This document shows, one piece after another, positions 63,803 to 64,000 of a stretch of DNA of 64,000 nt; the stretch's first letter is position 1; each line of letters starts with the position of its first letter. Both the position numbers and the translations under genes were made by a program. Origin of the DNA: Candidatus Thioglobus sp. MED-G25. Lineage in GTDB: Bacteria; Pseudomonadota; Gammaproteobacteria; Arenicellales; UBA868. The notes beneath the pieces were generated by a model. That model made no database searches. It worked only from the letters and a program-made list of their open reading frames with translations, and was not told where the DNA came from. The stretch lies in NCBI GenBank assembly GCA_002456995.1, contig NTKC01000007.1, positions 18,705-82,704 on the forward strand. The letters run 5' to 3'.

Positions 63803-64000
63803 AGATCATGTTGGACTCACTGGTTAGCCGGCTACGCAGGAACTCAAGTTCTATATTGAAGGCGCCACGCTCGCCTAGACGCAGGCCAATGGCGCCGCGG
63901 TACTCTATGTCGACATTCTGACTATTGTGAAAGTAGTTCTGGAGACTATTTGTGTCTGCATACAACGGTCCGCCGACGAGTCCACGAAAATACAAGTTAC
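63777..64000 (-). CDS. Outer-membrane beta-barrel protein, C-terminal part only (gene continues past the window edge)
   Basis: Alternating hydrophobic pattern, ending ...MISIGARYQF with the terminal aromatic residue typical of OMP barrels. Overlaps the ATP-grasp 3' end by 26 nt. The family is not assignable from about 74 residues. Confidence 0.5.
   Translation of the reverse strand, partial: NLYFRGLVGGPLYADTNSLQNYFHNSQNVDIEYRGAIGLRLGERGAFNIELEFLRSRLTSESNMISIGARYQF

Overview
This is a core-chromosome window from a gammaproteobacterium. From memory, the gene order is closest to Pseudomonas-type (Pseudomonadales/Cellvibrionales-like) genomes. I call about 64 tightly packed housekeeping genes in well-known conserved blocks: (1) accD-folC-dedD-cvpA-purF, with lpxH convergent; (2) ilvIH-ilvC-psd-pssA-leuA; (3) a family-4 UDG; (4) methyltransferase-rnhA-dnaQ; (5) acs; (6) rpsF-rpsR-rplI-dnaB, then radA; (7) dapD-glnD-map on the minus strand; (8) the long rpsB-tsf-frr-uppS-cdsA-dxr-rseP-bamA-skp-fabZ-lpxA-lpxB-rnhB-dnaE-accA-tilS-pyrG-kdsA-eno-ftsB run; (9) ygfZ divergent from a DUF1674-sdhCDAB-sdhE cluster; (10) argC; (11) lepA-lepB-rnc-era-recO-pdxJ; (12) yggX; (13) an A-type Fe-S carrier, an orphan ATP-grasp ligase and a partial outer-membrane barrel gene at the right edge. 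I found no rRNA, tRNA, CRISPR array, transposase, integrase, phage gene or recognisable defence gene. I do not see a convincing novel multi-gene system. The observations most worth a second look are: (a) the near-universal pyrH slot between tsf and frr holds a 450-nt stretch that reads like an eroded pyrH pseudogene; (b) lpxD is absent from its slot between skp and fabZ; (c) a frameshifted, nonsense-containing rimI relic lies after the UDG gene; (d) an alpha/mitochondrial-type SDH operon is flanked by both an SDHAF4-like (DUF1674) gene and an SdhE gene; (e) the A-type Fe-S carrier has a non-canonical C-terminal Cys motif, and the uncharacterised ATP-grasp gene next to it has its RBS inside a hairpin; (f) GTG and TTG starts are unusually frequent. 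Several convergent gene ends overlap or nearly abut (purF/lpxH, radA/dapD, ATP-grasp/OMP), which is consistent with a compact genome.
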